DNA from: an uncultured Actinomycetota bacterium
Lineage (GTDB): Bacteria; Actinomycetota; Actinomycetes; Actinomycetales; Micrococcaceae
Assembly: GCA_963775715.1 (NCBI GenBank)
Contig: CAVZJX010000001.1
Coordinates: 152,336 to 216,335 of the forward strand
Length of the DNA stretch: 64,000 nucleotides
Direction: 5' to 3'
In this document: positions 10,560-20,112 of the stretch, piece after piece
Layout of the letters: every line of letters begins with the position of its first letter
Position numbering within the stretch: the first letter of the stretch is position 1
Notes under the pieces: model-generated
What the model was told of the DNA's origin: nothing
Seen by the model: only the letters and a program-made list of their open reading frames with translations
Databases searched by the model: none
Made by a program: the position numbers and the translations under genes

Positions 10560-11213
10560 TCAGGACCGAGCTGGGCGGCCCCTCGTTCTCCCTTTTTGCC
10601 AGCCCGGGACCACGGCGTCAAGTTGGGCGGCCTTGTCGGGGGAGAGCGTGTCTTCCCTTAGCTTCTGCCTTTGACCGTGGATCCACACTCCGAGGGCGTG
10701 TTCCTGTTCGGTGTCGTATGCGCGGTGGCGGGGCCAGTCGTTGCCCTCGGCGCGGTACTGCTGGAGTTCTGCCAGCCGGGTGTGCCAGCGGGCTTCGTCG
10801 GCAGCTGTCCTGGCGTTGGTGTCCCAGCCGGCGATCCGGGCCAGCCCGGCCCGGTAGGAGGGATGAAGTGTCCCGGCGGCGGCCTCGCTGCGGCGCTGTC
10901 TGATCCACGCCTCCATGGAACGCTCTACCTGGCCAGCGGAGGGGCCGCGCGGCAACCGGCCTGCGTCAGCGACCCAGGCGATGGCTTCCTCCATCCGCGC
11001 CACAGCGGCCGGGGACAATGCCGCCTCGGCGGCTAGGTGCGCCGCTTCAAGGTCGGGGTCCTGGCGGCGCGCAACGCGCAGGTGGTAGCCCACGGTCGCC
11101 GGCGCGGCGCGCACTAACGCGGCTATGCGGTCCCGGCCCAGGCCGAGACGGTACATCAGCACCCATTCCGGGTGCGGGGCCTTTCGCAGCAGTCCAACCA
11201 TGATGGGCCTCAT
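10560..11213 (-). CDS. Helicase-associated (HA) repeat domain protein with N-terminal HTH-like segment
   Basis: WHTRLAELQQYRAEGNDWP...ALGVWIHGQRQ...LSPDKAAQLDAVVPGW HA repeat; start uncertain. Confidence 0.75.
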   Translation of the reverse strand: MRPIMVGLLRKAPHPEWVLMYRLGLGRDRIAALVRAAPATVGYHLRVARRQDPDLEAAHLAAEAALSPAAVARMEEAIAWVADAGRLPRGPSAGQVERSMEAWIRQRRSEAAAGTLHPSYRAGLARIAGWDTNARTAADEARWHTRLAELQQYRAEGNDWPRHRAYDTEQEHALGVWIHGQRQKLREDTLSPDKAAQLDAVVPGWQKGRTRGRPARS

Positions 11214-11415
11214 CCTGCCACGAGGTTCACCGTCGAAGAAGCGACCCGGGAATGTGCCGCCGACGTCGGGGAGGGAATCGTCTGACGCGTACGAGCGCAG
11301 CGCGCACGGAGTCCATTGCCGGAGCGCCCGGTGATCAGCGAGTGGGCTGATATTCTGCATCGGCCCACGTCAAACGGATGTGGGATGCGAGGGAATGCAC
11401 CATATTGGGGGAATT

Positions 11416-11901
11416 GTGTCCGAGACAGCCGTAACCACCGACCAAACATGGCCCGCCGGGAAGAAGAGAGCCCAACTTTTGCTGCTCGCGGCCGGCGTGC
11501 TAGCGACCTTTGTTTTGCCTATCGTCCTACTTGTTTTGGCATCAGATGCTCTCGCTGACAACCGGGGGCTTGCGGATCAGTACAGCGCGTGGTCTTACGG
11601 CCTGGTGGTACTTGGGCCTGGCTTCTTCGTAACCAGCCTTCTTGCTATGGGCAGCACTCTGCCGCGGCTAGCACGACGTGTGTCAGGGTTCGTTGCCGTA
11701 GTGCTCGCCGTCATCATCTACTTTCAGTTGGGGCATGTAGGGAAGGATTTTGTCATCCCGGTGCTTCTGGGTGGTGTGAGCGTCGTCTACTGCTGGTTAG
11801 CAGACATCTTCACGCCGGATAGCGCCGATGAGCCGAATGCCAACGAAGGCTCTCCGCAAAAGCCGGCTGCAGAGCCTGACAAGGTGGACCAGTCCGGATA
11901 G
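11416..11901 (+). CDS. Hypothetical membrane protein (about 4 TM segments)
   Basis: Four hydrophobic stretches; GTG start inferred. Confidence 0.6.
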   Translation: MSETAVTTDQTWPAGKKRAQLLLLAAGVLATFVLPIVLLVLASDALADNRGLADQYSAWSYGLVVLGPGFFVTSLLAMGSTLPRLARRVSGFVAVVLAVIIYFQLGHVGKDFVIPVLLGGVSVVYCWLADIFTPDSADEPNANEGSPQKPAAEPDKVDQSG

Positions 11902-12232
11902 CGATCTAAACGCCCGAAGTTGGAAAGTGAAAGATGGGCTTGTTGTGTCCCTCTTTCGCTGTCAATACCTAAGGCGCGTGTGCTTGCTCGCATCGCGGAA
12001 CCAGCCTTGCTGCGCCCTTCTTGGTTCTATATGCTCGGGCTCCCGATGCTCCAACCGGACAATTTTTAAAAGCTCCTCGATCAACCTGTCGCCGTGGCTA
12101 ACTAGTCAGGCCTCAAAGCCAACGCCCACACAGCACAAACACAGATAGAGTTCTCTGCGATTAGAGCCTGTAGCGAGGTGGTGAGAACCGCCAACTACGC
12201 AGCGGCGAAGGCCGGGCCCGTGTCGCAGTGGA

Positions 12233-13342
12233 TCAGTTGCCGTCGCGTCCCGCTGCCAAGAGTTGATCTTTTCGGGCCGTGTGAAGCGCGCCTGCCACTG
12301 TGTCCAGGTCGTCTTCAAACAGGTCGGCGTAGCGGTCCAGCGTCATAGCTGCAGAGGCATGCCCGAGCATCCGCTGCAGCACTTTAATGTTCGCTCCTGC
12401 GCTGATGGCAAGGGATGCTGCCGTGTGCCTCAGATCGTGGGGTGTCAGCGTGGGCAACGCTGGGTCGTTGGCTTGCGCACGCTTCCGGGCCGCCCCGAAC
12501 CAACCGCTGACGGCGTTTCCGGGGCGAAGATAGTTCACACCGTCGCCCCAAAGGAGGGAATGACTCTCCTTGCCGGCGCAGGCGGATTCAACGGCCGACG
12601 CCAGAAACGCTGGGTAGACAACGGAACGGCTCTCATGTGTCTTGGGTGTACCGATCACCATCTTGCCATTGACATTGACGGCGTTCTCTACGATCAGTGC
12701 CCGCCGCGCTGACTGGTCCACGTGGCCGACCCTCAGGCCGGTGGCCTCACCCCATCGGAGCCCGGTGTAAGCCAGGAACCGCACAAAATCGGGGTATTTA
12801 GATTCCAATGCGAGGGCTTCCACCTGGCTGTGCGTCAGGTACGCGCGGGGGCGGCTCGTCTTTCGGGCGATTTTCACGCCCTCTGCCGGGTTTGACGCAA
12901 TACGTTTGTCTTCTGCTGCGTCGTGGAGAATCCCTGAGAGTACGCCGAGGCAACGAGAAACCGTTGTTGGACTTCGAGATTCGGAAAGAGAGGCCACCCA
13001 TGCCTTGATTTCCGTTCGCCTCAAAGAGGAGACGGGGCGGTCCCCCCACATCGGACGTACGTGGTTTCTCCAAGCGCTTTCGTCGCTGTGGAACGTTGAA
13101 GGTTTGACCGTGTGTTTGTGGGCTGCCAGCCACTCGGCTCCGAGGGTTTCGATAGTGATGCGCCCGTCACTCGGTGCGATGAACTGGCCGCTCCGCTTGG
13201 AGACCTCCACGCCGTCCAGGAAGGCCTGAGCATCACGCTTGAGTTTGAACCCGCGCTTCTGGCCCTGGGTGTTATTCGGCTTTTTATAGAGCACGCGGTA
13301 CCACTTGCCGCTCTTATTTTCGTAGGCGTGGATACTCCCCAT
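12233..13342 (-). CDS. int: Tyrosine recombinase / phage-type integrase
   Basis: YTGLRWGE (R), HDLRH (HxxR), LGHASAAMTLDRY (H, Y); N-terminal arm-binding segment WYRVLYKKP...KRGFKLKRDA; start MGSIH at 13342. Confidence 0.95.
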   Translation of the reverse strand: MGSIHAYENKSGKWYRVLYKKPNNTQGQKRGFKLKRDAQAFLDGVEVSKRSGQFIAPSDGRITIETLGAEWLAAHKHTVKPSTFHSDESAWRNHVRPMWGDRPVSSLRRTEIKAWVASLSESRSPTTVSRCLGVLSGILHDAAEDKRIASNPAEGVKIARKTSRPRAYLTHSQVEALALESKYPDFVRFLAYTGLRWGEATGLRVGHVDQSARRALIVENAVNVNGKMVIGTPKTHESRSVVYPAFLASAVESACAGKESHSLLWGDGVNYLRPGNAVSGWFGAARKRAQANDPALPTLTPHDLRHTAASLAISAGANIKVLQRMLGHASAAMTLDRYADLFEDDLDTVAGALHTARKDQLLAAGRDGN

Positions 13343-14100
13343 GCTCTGCCTTCCCTGTAGATGCCGTGGTGCGGATGAAGTGTCAGTACATGTGAGTTTG
13401 TGCGTTCGGTCAAGCGCATGAAAGCCGTTACGAGCACCGGAATCTGTGACTACACGGGGCGTGTAGCGTTTTTCGTACCAGGAAATGGCACACGGGTTAG
13501 GAGCGATTTCTGCTGGCTTACCAGCTAATTCTGCTGTTTTTGGGTGTGTGCCGTGTGTACCGCCGATTACTGGCTTTGTCCCGACATTAAAAAGTTTAAA
13601 AAATGGCGTGCCCAACTGTGCTCGAAAGGCCCGCGGCAGGGGACGCCAGGGCCGAGACCCTTGCCATCACTGGGATGTACGCCCGCCCGCTTGCGTCGCA
13701 GTTTCTCTTGAGTGAGTCCAAAAGGAAGTGTGCCTCACTGTGCACGACCTCCCGGGAACGGACAGGTGATTCTGCGTCGATATCAGCGCCATCGTTGGCC
13801 TGGACGGGCTTATCGAGGCCAAGCGAACAGTTGCGATGAGTTCATAGCCCCGGACTGTGCTGATCTGTGCTCGCCCAAAATATTGGGGTTATGTAGAGAA
13901 ATGTAGAAATTCGTGGGACGACTCACTCATGTGTGTATACTGTGTGACACACGAGATCAATGCTCCGAAAACAGTCACAAGGAGTAGTGGAGAGTAATCT
14001 CCCCGAGTGGATACGCACCACAAGGTGCACGGCCGACATAGAGATCTGAAATGGCTCGTCGGGTGATCCTCTTGCCGCTGAAAAGCCGCAAGGGATACCT

Positions 14101-14397
14101 ATGTCTACAACCGTTTCAATCAGCCGACCCACCCTCAGTTCAATTGCCGAACGCCTCGCCGCCATCGAACGTGACGTCGCCAGTGCTCGCGTTCCGGTGC
14201 TGGATGACCTTCTCACTCCGCCGGCCCTCGCCGGACAACTGGATGTCACCGAGCGCACTCTCAGCGAGTGGCGCATCACGGGCCGTGGTCCCGCCTTCAT
14301 CAGACTGGGCAAAACGGTCCGCTACCGATCTGCGGCCGTCGAAGCCTGGCTGCTTTCCCAGGAGCACCACAGCACCTCCGAGGAGGTGCGTTACTAA
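14101..14397 (+). CDS. xis: Excisionase-like HTH DNA-binding protein
   Basis: LLTPPALAGQLDVTERTLSEWR..GRGPAFIRLGKTVRY, HTH_17/AlpA-type; divergent from int. Confidence 0.85.
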   Translation: MSTTVSISRPTLSSIAERLAAIERDVASARVPVLDDLLTPPALAGQLDVTERTLSEWRITGRGPAFIRLGKTVRYRSAAVEAWLLSQEHHSTSEEVRY

Positions 14398-15260
14398 TGC
14401 CGGCAGCAGAAAACCGTTCTGTCGCGAACGACACTTCGAGAGCGGTCCGTCCGCGCAACTCTGGACGACCTTCTGCCCGGTCCAAGTCCAAGAACAAGAA
14501 GTCTGCACCGCGTCGCTATCGCTCATTCAAGATCACGCAGTACCTGCGCCACCCGGAAACGGGCGAAGCTCTTATGACCCCGACGCAACTCCAGCGGGGC
14601 CTTGCCCACCGTTCGATCACCAAGTGGGCATGGACTGAGCACGACCAGGACCGTCGTAGCGACGGCAGCCTCGTTCCTCCCCACGTCCATATCGCACTGC
14701 AGTGCACGGATGCCCGTAGCCGTGAACAGATAGCCGAGTGGTTCGGTGTACCCCTGGAGTTAGTCCAGATCTTGGCTGGTCGAGGCGGTTTTGCGAGCTA
14801 CCTCCGCTACCTGACCCACGAAGATCCAACTCAGCAGGCTCTGGGTAAACACCGCTACCCCGAAACCGCTGTCGTCGCCAACTTTGATTGGCGCAGGGAA
14901 GTGGAAACCCATTTCGCAAGGCCCCTGAAGCTCCCGACACGCTTGGACGAGATCAAACTCGGAGTGCTGTCCGGGACCCTGTCGCTGTGGGAAGTCCGTG
15001 AGACCGACCCACTTGTGTACGCGAAACACTTCTCTACCCTGAAACGCTTGGCCGAGGAATGCAGGACGGCTCACGTTGAAGCAGGGACCATGACGCCCCA
15101 CCGCCAGGACATGAAACTCAGGGTGCGCACTGGAGTGACTCTGACAGAGAGCTTGAACTGGATCGCGGATCGGCTGGGCTTCGAGGGAGATAACTATGAC
15201 CGCATGCTGCGGGCCAGCAACGTCGTTACGGGCAACGACCGCACCGTAAACGCGGCGTAA
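14397..15260 (+). CDS. rep: Rolling-circle replication initiator (Rep_2-type HUH endonuclease)
   Basis: HDQD..PHVHIAL (HUH), YLRYLTHE (catalytic Tyr), GKHRY; AGGAGG RBS and TAATG coupling to xis. Confidence 0.85.
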   Translation: MPAAENRSVANDTSRAVRPRNSGRPSARSKSKNKKSAPRRYRSFKITQYLRHPETGEALMTPTQLQRGLAHRSITKWAWTEHDQDRRSDGSLVPPHVHIALQCTDARSREQIAEWFGVPLELVQILAGRGGFASYLRYLTHEDPTQQALGKHRYPETAVVANFDWRREVETHFARPLKLPTRLDEIKLGVLSGTLSLWEVRETDPLVYAKHFSTLKRLAEECRTAHVEAGTMTPHRQDMKLRVRTGVTLTESLNWIADRLGFEGDNYDRMLRASNVVTGNDRTVNAA

Positions 15261-15313
15261 CTCAGCAACTTCCAGCTCACCACCTGTGGCTGGAGAACCC
15301 ACGAAAGGAAACT

Positions 15314-15619
15314 ATGGCCATTGAAGATGAAGTTGCAGCCGTCAAAGCAGCGGCAGCGAAAAAGCTCCGGCTCCTGCGGGATCGTGAGCGCAAGCAGCAG
15401 CAGGCCGTGGACACGAGGATGCTCATGTTGATGCGCGACAAGCACCCTGGGCCGGCAGCTCAGCTCGAGGGTGAAGCGCGTGCGCAGCTTGCCGCCGAGT
15501 CGGCCCAGCGGTCCACACGGGCAAGGACATCGAGGGCGGTGCCGCCGCCGGCGGGCCAAGGCAACGGCGGGAATGCCGTTACTCCGCACGATGAGCGCAG
15601 CCCGGAGCACACGCCGTGA
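15314..15619 (+). CDS. Small helical hypothetical protein of the backbone
   Basis: GAAAGGAA RBS; co-oriented between rep and the putative oriT. Confidence 0.65.
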   Translation: MAIEDEVAAVKAAAAKKLRLLRDRERKQQQAVDTRMLMLMRDKHPGPAAQLEGEARAQLAAESAQRSTRARTSRAVPPPAGQGNGGNAVTPHDERSPEHTP

Positions 15620-15700
15620 TCGGCGGGCAGCTTGTCGTCGGCGGCCAGTACCTGGGTGCGCAAGCACCCGGGTGCGGTGTCGTGGTTCAGGTTTGGGGGT

Positions 15701-15735
15701 CGAGGGGGAAGGGCGGAGCCCAGCCCCTCGCAAGC
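15701..15735. promoter_or_regulatory. Putative oriT
   Basis: Hairpin cgagggg...cccctcg abutting GCAAGC (GCTTGC on the minus strand) in the intergenic region just upstream of mobC. Confidence 0.45.
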
Positions 15736-15836
15736 GGCGCACTGGACGACGAGCGAAGCGGTGTCGGACAGAGTGCCTGCTTGCGTTCGTTTTCCACCGC
15801 AGATTTCGTGCTTCGGGGCCGGATGGAGGCGGGTCT

Positions 15837-16247
15837 ATGAGCGGCACTTCGCAACAGCTTGCTCCTGAGTCGAGGAGCCGCCGGATCGACACGCGGTTCA
15901 GCGAAGCTGAACTCGCGTTGGTCGAGAAGGTGGCGACGTGGCGGGGGTTGCCGCCGTCGGCCTTCGTTCGAGGCGCGGCTCTAGCCGCGGCGAAGCAGGC
16001 CGAGGGGCGTGGCGCCGGCGGCGCCGGGCCGGCAGAGCCGCCTTTGGCTGCGCTCACCGACCGTCAGCTCGGGGTTCTGGAGGCTGCCCGGGTCGGCGTG
16101 AAGCGCGTCGGGGTGAATCTCAACCAGTTGAGTCGACTGGGGCATCGAGGCGTACTGGACCTCGGTGCCCTCGGCCCGGTGGTCGATGCGTTGGCGGAAC
16201 AGTATGAACATATGGTTTCAGTGCTCCGTGGGAAGGACTGCCCGTGA
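15837..16247 (+). CDS. mobC: MobC-like relaxosome accessory protein (ribbon-helix-helix)
   Basis: RRIDTRFSEAE...SAFVRGAAL and GVNLNQLSR motifs; GTGA overlap with the relaxase. Confidence 0.88.
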   Translation: MSGTSQQLAPESRSRRIDTRFSEAELALVEKVATWRGLPPSAFVRGAALAAAKQAEGRGAGGAGPAEPPLAALTDRQLGVLEAARVGVKRVGVNLNQLSRLGHRGVLDLGALGPVVDALAEQYEHMVSVLRGKDCP

Positions 16248-17545
16248 GTATCACGACGGTATCTCCGGTCTACGATTTGGGCACCCGGGCGGACTATCTG
16301 GAATTCGGCGTCGGGGCGAAGAAGAAGGGCCACAAAGCGGCAGGTACTGACCGGCTGGCTCCGGGGTTCTACTGCGATGCACCGAGCATCGACGGGTTCA
16401 TCAAGATGGGCAACCTGCTGGCCGAGCAGAGCGGCCGCCGGGTGAAGGCCCACTCCTACATCATTTCTTTCCATCCCGACGAGCTGGATGTCAACGATCC
16501 CCGCGACTTAAAGAGGGCTGGAGATCTGGGATTCCTGCTGGCGAAGACGATGCGGCCCAACAGCCCCGCGATGGTCGTGGTTCACGACGACGGCCAGGGC
16601 GGCTGCGCCCACGCCCACATCACGATCCTGAACCACGACACCGTTACCGGTAAGGCGCCCACATCCTTCCGTGTGCACTGGCAGGTGAAGCGCGCCAACG
16701 ACCGCCTGATGCAAGAAGAAGGGATGCAGGTCACCGCACCGGCACCGGCGTCCACGCCGGGTTCCTACTGGGCCAACAAGCGTGGTGACCTGGCGGCCTT
16801 CGACCAGCAGCTCGGCGACGCGATCGAGCAGGCGGGTATCGACCCCTCCGCGGTGGATCTGCCGACTTTCATAGCGGCGTGCAATGCCCGCGGCGTCGAG
16901 GTCCTCACAACGGAACACAAAGTTGTGAGCGACGGGTATCGCAGCAAGACCGCCGGAGAGACAGCCACCGGCATCACCTACAAGATGCGCGACGAATCCA
17001 CGCCCGGAAAGAGCCCCCGGATGCGGAGGCGCAAGGCCTCGGCGCTGTCACCGGAATTCACCGAGGACGGACTCGCCGACATATTCACGATGAAGCAGAA
17101 GGGCAAGGAGCAAAACCATGGGCATCAAGGACAAGTACGAAGAACAGCAGCACCAGCAATACAACGAGCAGCAACTGACTTCGGAGACATTGATCGCATT
17201 GCTCGACCGGCTCGACGGGATCGAGAAGAATCAGCGGGAGATCGTGACCTCATTCAACTCGGTGGCGCAGAGCTTCATCAGCACATGGCAGGGAGTGGAG
17301 CAGGCGCAGCGGTCGATGCAGCAGCTGAACAGCTCCGCCGCTTCCGCGAACGCCTTGCACGGGAAGACGCTGACGACGCTCGCGACGACGCAAAGCGAGA
17401 TTCTGGAACTGCTGGCCAGCTCCAAGGCCGTCGCGCTACCCGACGGGACGACGGTGCGGGCCGCGGACCTCTCCGCCCACGCCTTGATGCGGAAAGTGTC
17501 GGCGCAGATCTCGGCTTTGGAAACGACGAACTCGAGATTGGCTGA
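16244..17545 (+). CDS. Relaxase/mobilization nuclease (MOB_P-type)
   Basis: N-terminal DY tyrosine, AHSYIISF (motif II), VHDD..GCAHAHITILN (3H motif III). Confidence 0.88.
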   Translation: MSITTVSPVYDLGTRADYLEFGVGAKKKGHKAAGTDRLAPGFYCDAPSIDGFIKMGNLLAEQSGRRVKAHSYIISFHPDELDVNDPRDLKRAGDLGFLLAKTMRPNSPAMVVVHDDGQGGCAHAHITILNHDTVTGKAPTSFRVHWQVKRANDRLMQEEGMQVTAPAPASTPGSYWANKRGDLAAFDQQLGDAIEQAGIDPSAVDLPTFIAACNARGVEVLTTEHKVVSDGYRSKTAGETATGITYKMRDESTPGKSPRMRRRKASALSPEFTEDGLADIFTMKQKGKEQNHGHQGQVRRTAAPAIQRAATDFGDIDRIARPARRDREESAGDRDLIQLGGAELHQHMAGSGAGAAVDAAAEQLRRFRERLAREDADDARDDAKRDSGTAGQLQGRRATRRDDGAGRGPLRPRLDAESVGADLGFGNDELEIG

Positions 17546-18053
17546 TGCCGCACACGGCCAGCGTGGCGTGAACATCGACCACGAAAAACTGGCCAAGTAC
17601 CTGGTTCCCGGACTGGACGCGCAACTCTTGGCGCACGAGCAGGCCGTGCAGACCGCTTTCGCCGAGGCGAGCGCTCCGATGCTGGCCGAGCTAGAAAGAA
17701 GCCGTACAGCGCTGAGCGAGGCCGGGACGCAGGTCAGTGACCAGGTCCGACGGGCCGGCGAACAAGTCGCGCAGCTCCGAGGAACGGTGACCTGGCGCAC
17801 CGTCGGCCAGATCAGCGCTGCACTCCTGCCGCTTGCGATAGCCATCTGGGTGGTGTTCGGGACGGCACAGACTGTTTGGGCGGCATTCGGGCTCCAGCCC
17901 ATTCTTCAGACCCTGTGGGGGTGGTTCGTGAGTGCCCACGAGTGGTATTGGAAGCTCTCTATCGCCGGCACTGCCTTCGCTGTGCTGACGGGCTTCGGCT
18001 GGCTCATCCGGGCTTTCGGGAAGTGGTTGTACGCATGGTACCGACGCTATTGA
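17118..18053 (+). CDS. MobB-like coiled-coil protein with C-terminal membrane helices, overlapping the relaxase 3' end
   Basis: 311 aa helical ORF starting inside the relaxase in another frame; two hydrophobic C-terminal segments. Confidence 0.7.
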   Translation: MGIKDKYEEQQHQQYNEQQLTSETLIALLDRLDGIEKNQREIVTSFNSVAQSFISTWQGVEQAQRSMQQLNSSAASANALHGKTLTTLATTQSEILELLASSKAVALPDGTTVRAADLSAHALMRKVSAQISALETTNSRLADAAHGQRGVNIDHEKLAKYLVPGLDAQLLAHEQAVQTAFAEASAPMLAELERSRTALSEAGTQVSDQVRRAGEQVAQLRGTVTWRTVGQISAALLPLAIAIWVVFGTAQTVWAAFGLQPILQTLWGWFVSAHEWYWKLSIAGTAFAVLTGFGWLIRAFGKWLYAWYRRY

Positions 18054-18823
18054 CGCAGGGCAGGAAGAAGGCAAATGGACCTCCATATTCACAAGCAGGA
18101 GGTCGAGAGAGTCGGGCTGCCCGCAGAGTCGGTCCAAGACCAGTGCGGACCCTCACGAAACACGGTAGCTGGCAGTTACCTCGTCCGGCAGGCTGCTCGG
18201 CCAACCCGACCAACTCAAGTAACAAGCTCCCCACGAGCGGCCAGCTCCATCCCGGCGTCGGCCGCTCGACCTTGGGGAGTTGTCCGGATGCCTCTTTACC
18301 CGGCCACGCTGACAGGAAGCCAGGACGACACTGCCTGCTAAGAGGCCCTCATCTTGACGGCCCAACGAGCTCATGCAGATCCCGGACGGTTCTCGGCGTC
18401 GGATCGCCAAGGAAAAATGGACACATTCCTCCTGGCGAGACCGGGAGACCTCGAGGGTTTGTTGGTTGTGGGTGCATAATCCGCCGCACGTCCGCGATGC
18501 ACGTGGATCGGGCGGAGAAGTACTCCTCGGCGCCGCGCTGCTACAAGCATGCATGACCCACGGGCGCGAAGTACCGCCCATATAACATTTTGATCACATG
18601 TTGGTGGGTTCGGAAATGTCAGCTCGTGCTCGTTTCTGAGCACATTCTCGAAATCTCAGCGTAGCCGGGCAAAATCGGGACCATAAGTCCGCCGCTACCG
18701 TGATCTGGTGAACAAAAACCAGGACCTGGACGTGCTGCTCGCTCGCTTGCAGAGGACCATCGTGTCATACCAAGAGGGTCGGCTCTCGCAGAGGAGCCTT
18801 CTCCGCATCCTTAAAAGTGGGAG

Positions 18824-19564
18824 ATGGTGCTAGCGGAGCCCGACACAGTCTCGACCTTCCTCGCAGAGCTTCAAGACAATCCGAACTTGGATTCTGACGT
18901 CGTCGACGAAGTAACACGAACGTACACGGACAATGTCCAGCACTGGGTCTTCCCCGAGGAACCGGACCTCTCCAAAGCAGTCCCGGAAGCACTTGAGTGC
19001 ACGTTCCCGGAGTTGATTCGATTTTTCAAGAGTGCCAGGGGCGCACTGGGGGTTGTACTCGACGCGCTCGTAGGCGTCAACGTGCGCCTCAATCTGCGGG
19101 GCTCCTACGGCGCGGTGCAGGACGCTCGGCGCCTCCTGACGGACGAGATCGCCTTATTAGAGCGGGCCTGCGAACACGTGGGCTCAGGCACTCGCCTTGC
19201 GCCCGCGTTTCCTGATGAGGCAGACGAGGACCGCCCCTCATGGTACTCACCACACGGCGCACCACTGTCCCCAAAACAAATCACATGGCTGGCAGACCTT
19301 GGCAAGGAGAGTCCGGAGATATCCCTTACATACGCAGAGGGGATTACTGCCCATTCCCACCCTCCGCAGCTCGTCACAGAGCGCATCAAGGCTCGAGAGC
19401 GACAGCTGCTCCGGGCGAAGGAAATTAGAGCATTTGAAGAGCAGGAGCGAAGAGCTATGAAGGAGGCTTGTCCGCGCTGTAACAGTGCCCCAGGCGAACT
19501 TTGTCGAACCAGGGCAGGCAAAGAGACGGGCGTGCACAAGGGGCGGTACAGGATTGTATCCTGA
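18824..19564 (+). CDS. Hypothetical protein with C-terminal phage-type zinc finger
   Basis: CPRCNSAPGELC...VH motif; GGGAG RBS. Confidence 0.7.
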   Translation: MVLAEPDTVSTFLAELQDNPNLDSDVVDEVTRTYTDNVQHWVFPEEPDLSKAVPEALECTFPELIRFFKSARGALGVVLDALVGVNVRLNLRGSYGAVQDARRLLTDEIALLERACEHVGSGTRLAPAFPDEADEDRPSWYSPHGAPLSPKQITWLADLGKESPEISLTYAEGITAHSHPPQLVTERIKARERQLLRAKEIRAFEEQERRAMKEACPRCNSAPGELCRTRAGKETGVHKGRYRIVS

Positions 19565-19642
19565 CCAGCCAACCAGCCATCGGGCACGGAGAGTTGGCAT
19601 CTTTCCGCCGGTATCAAATAGCAATGACATGGAGCGGTATAC

Positions 19643-20074
19643 GTGGAAGATTTTGTACTAGGCACAGAGCACGGTCCTCGTTGGCGACGACCTGAGACGC
19701 TTGCCCGGAAAGTCGACCTGCTCTTGGACACCATCCCGGCTGAGAACGGAAAACCCTTCGACTATCCGGCAGTCCGCGACGCAGCCCAAGCGCACGGTTT
19801 CTACGTCTCCAAGGAGCAGTGGGACCTGCTGACAACCGGCAAGGAGCAGACCCTCACGGAGGAGCTCCTGCGGGCCTCGGCAGGGGTGTTCGGCGTTAGC
19901 CCTGAATACCTGTTGAACGAGGACGGCCCCGTCTCCGAGCGCGTCGAGGCGGAACTTATTCTGCTCCGCAGCATGCGCCGCGCAGGCGTGCGCAATTTTC
20001 GTGCCTGTCAGAGCGGTCAGATTGATGCAGCGACACTTCGGGAGATAGCCCGAATTCTGGATGAAATCGACTGA
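19643..20074 (+). CDS. EspR-like / XRE-type HTH DNA-binding protein
   Basis: LARKVDLLLDTI...FGVSPEYLL...ELILLRSMRRAGVRNF resembles the EspR architecture. Confidence 0.6.
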   Translation: MEDFVLGTEHGPRWRRPETLARKVDLLLDTIPAENGKPFDYPAVRDAAQAHGFYVSKEQWDLLTTGKEQTLTEELLRASAGVFGVSPEYLLNEDGPVSERVEAELILLRSMRRAGVRNFRACQSGQIDAATLREIARILDEID

Positions 20075-20112
20075 GCCTCCATCAATCTGCATTGACAAAG
20101 GATGCCCCTCGT

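Noticed and set aside
13343-14100. Double-strand origin for the Rep_2 protein
   Set aside because: The region has hairpins and an A-tract, but I found no pMV158-type TACTACG nick motif, so no site can be assigned.
18054-18800. Several short overlapping ORFs after the mob block
   Set aside because: No coherent coding signal or motif; probably non-coding (possibly a single-strand origin, which I cannot support).
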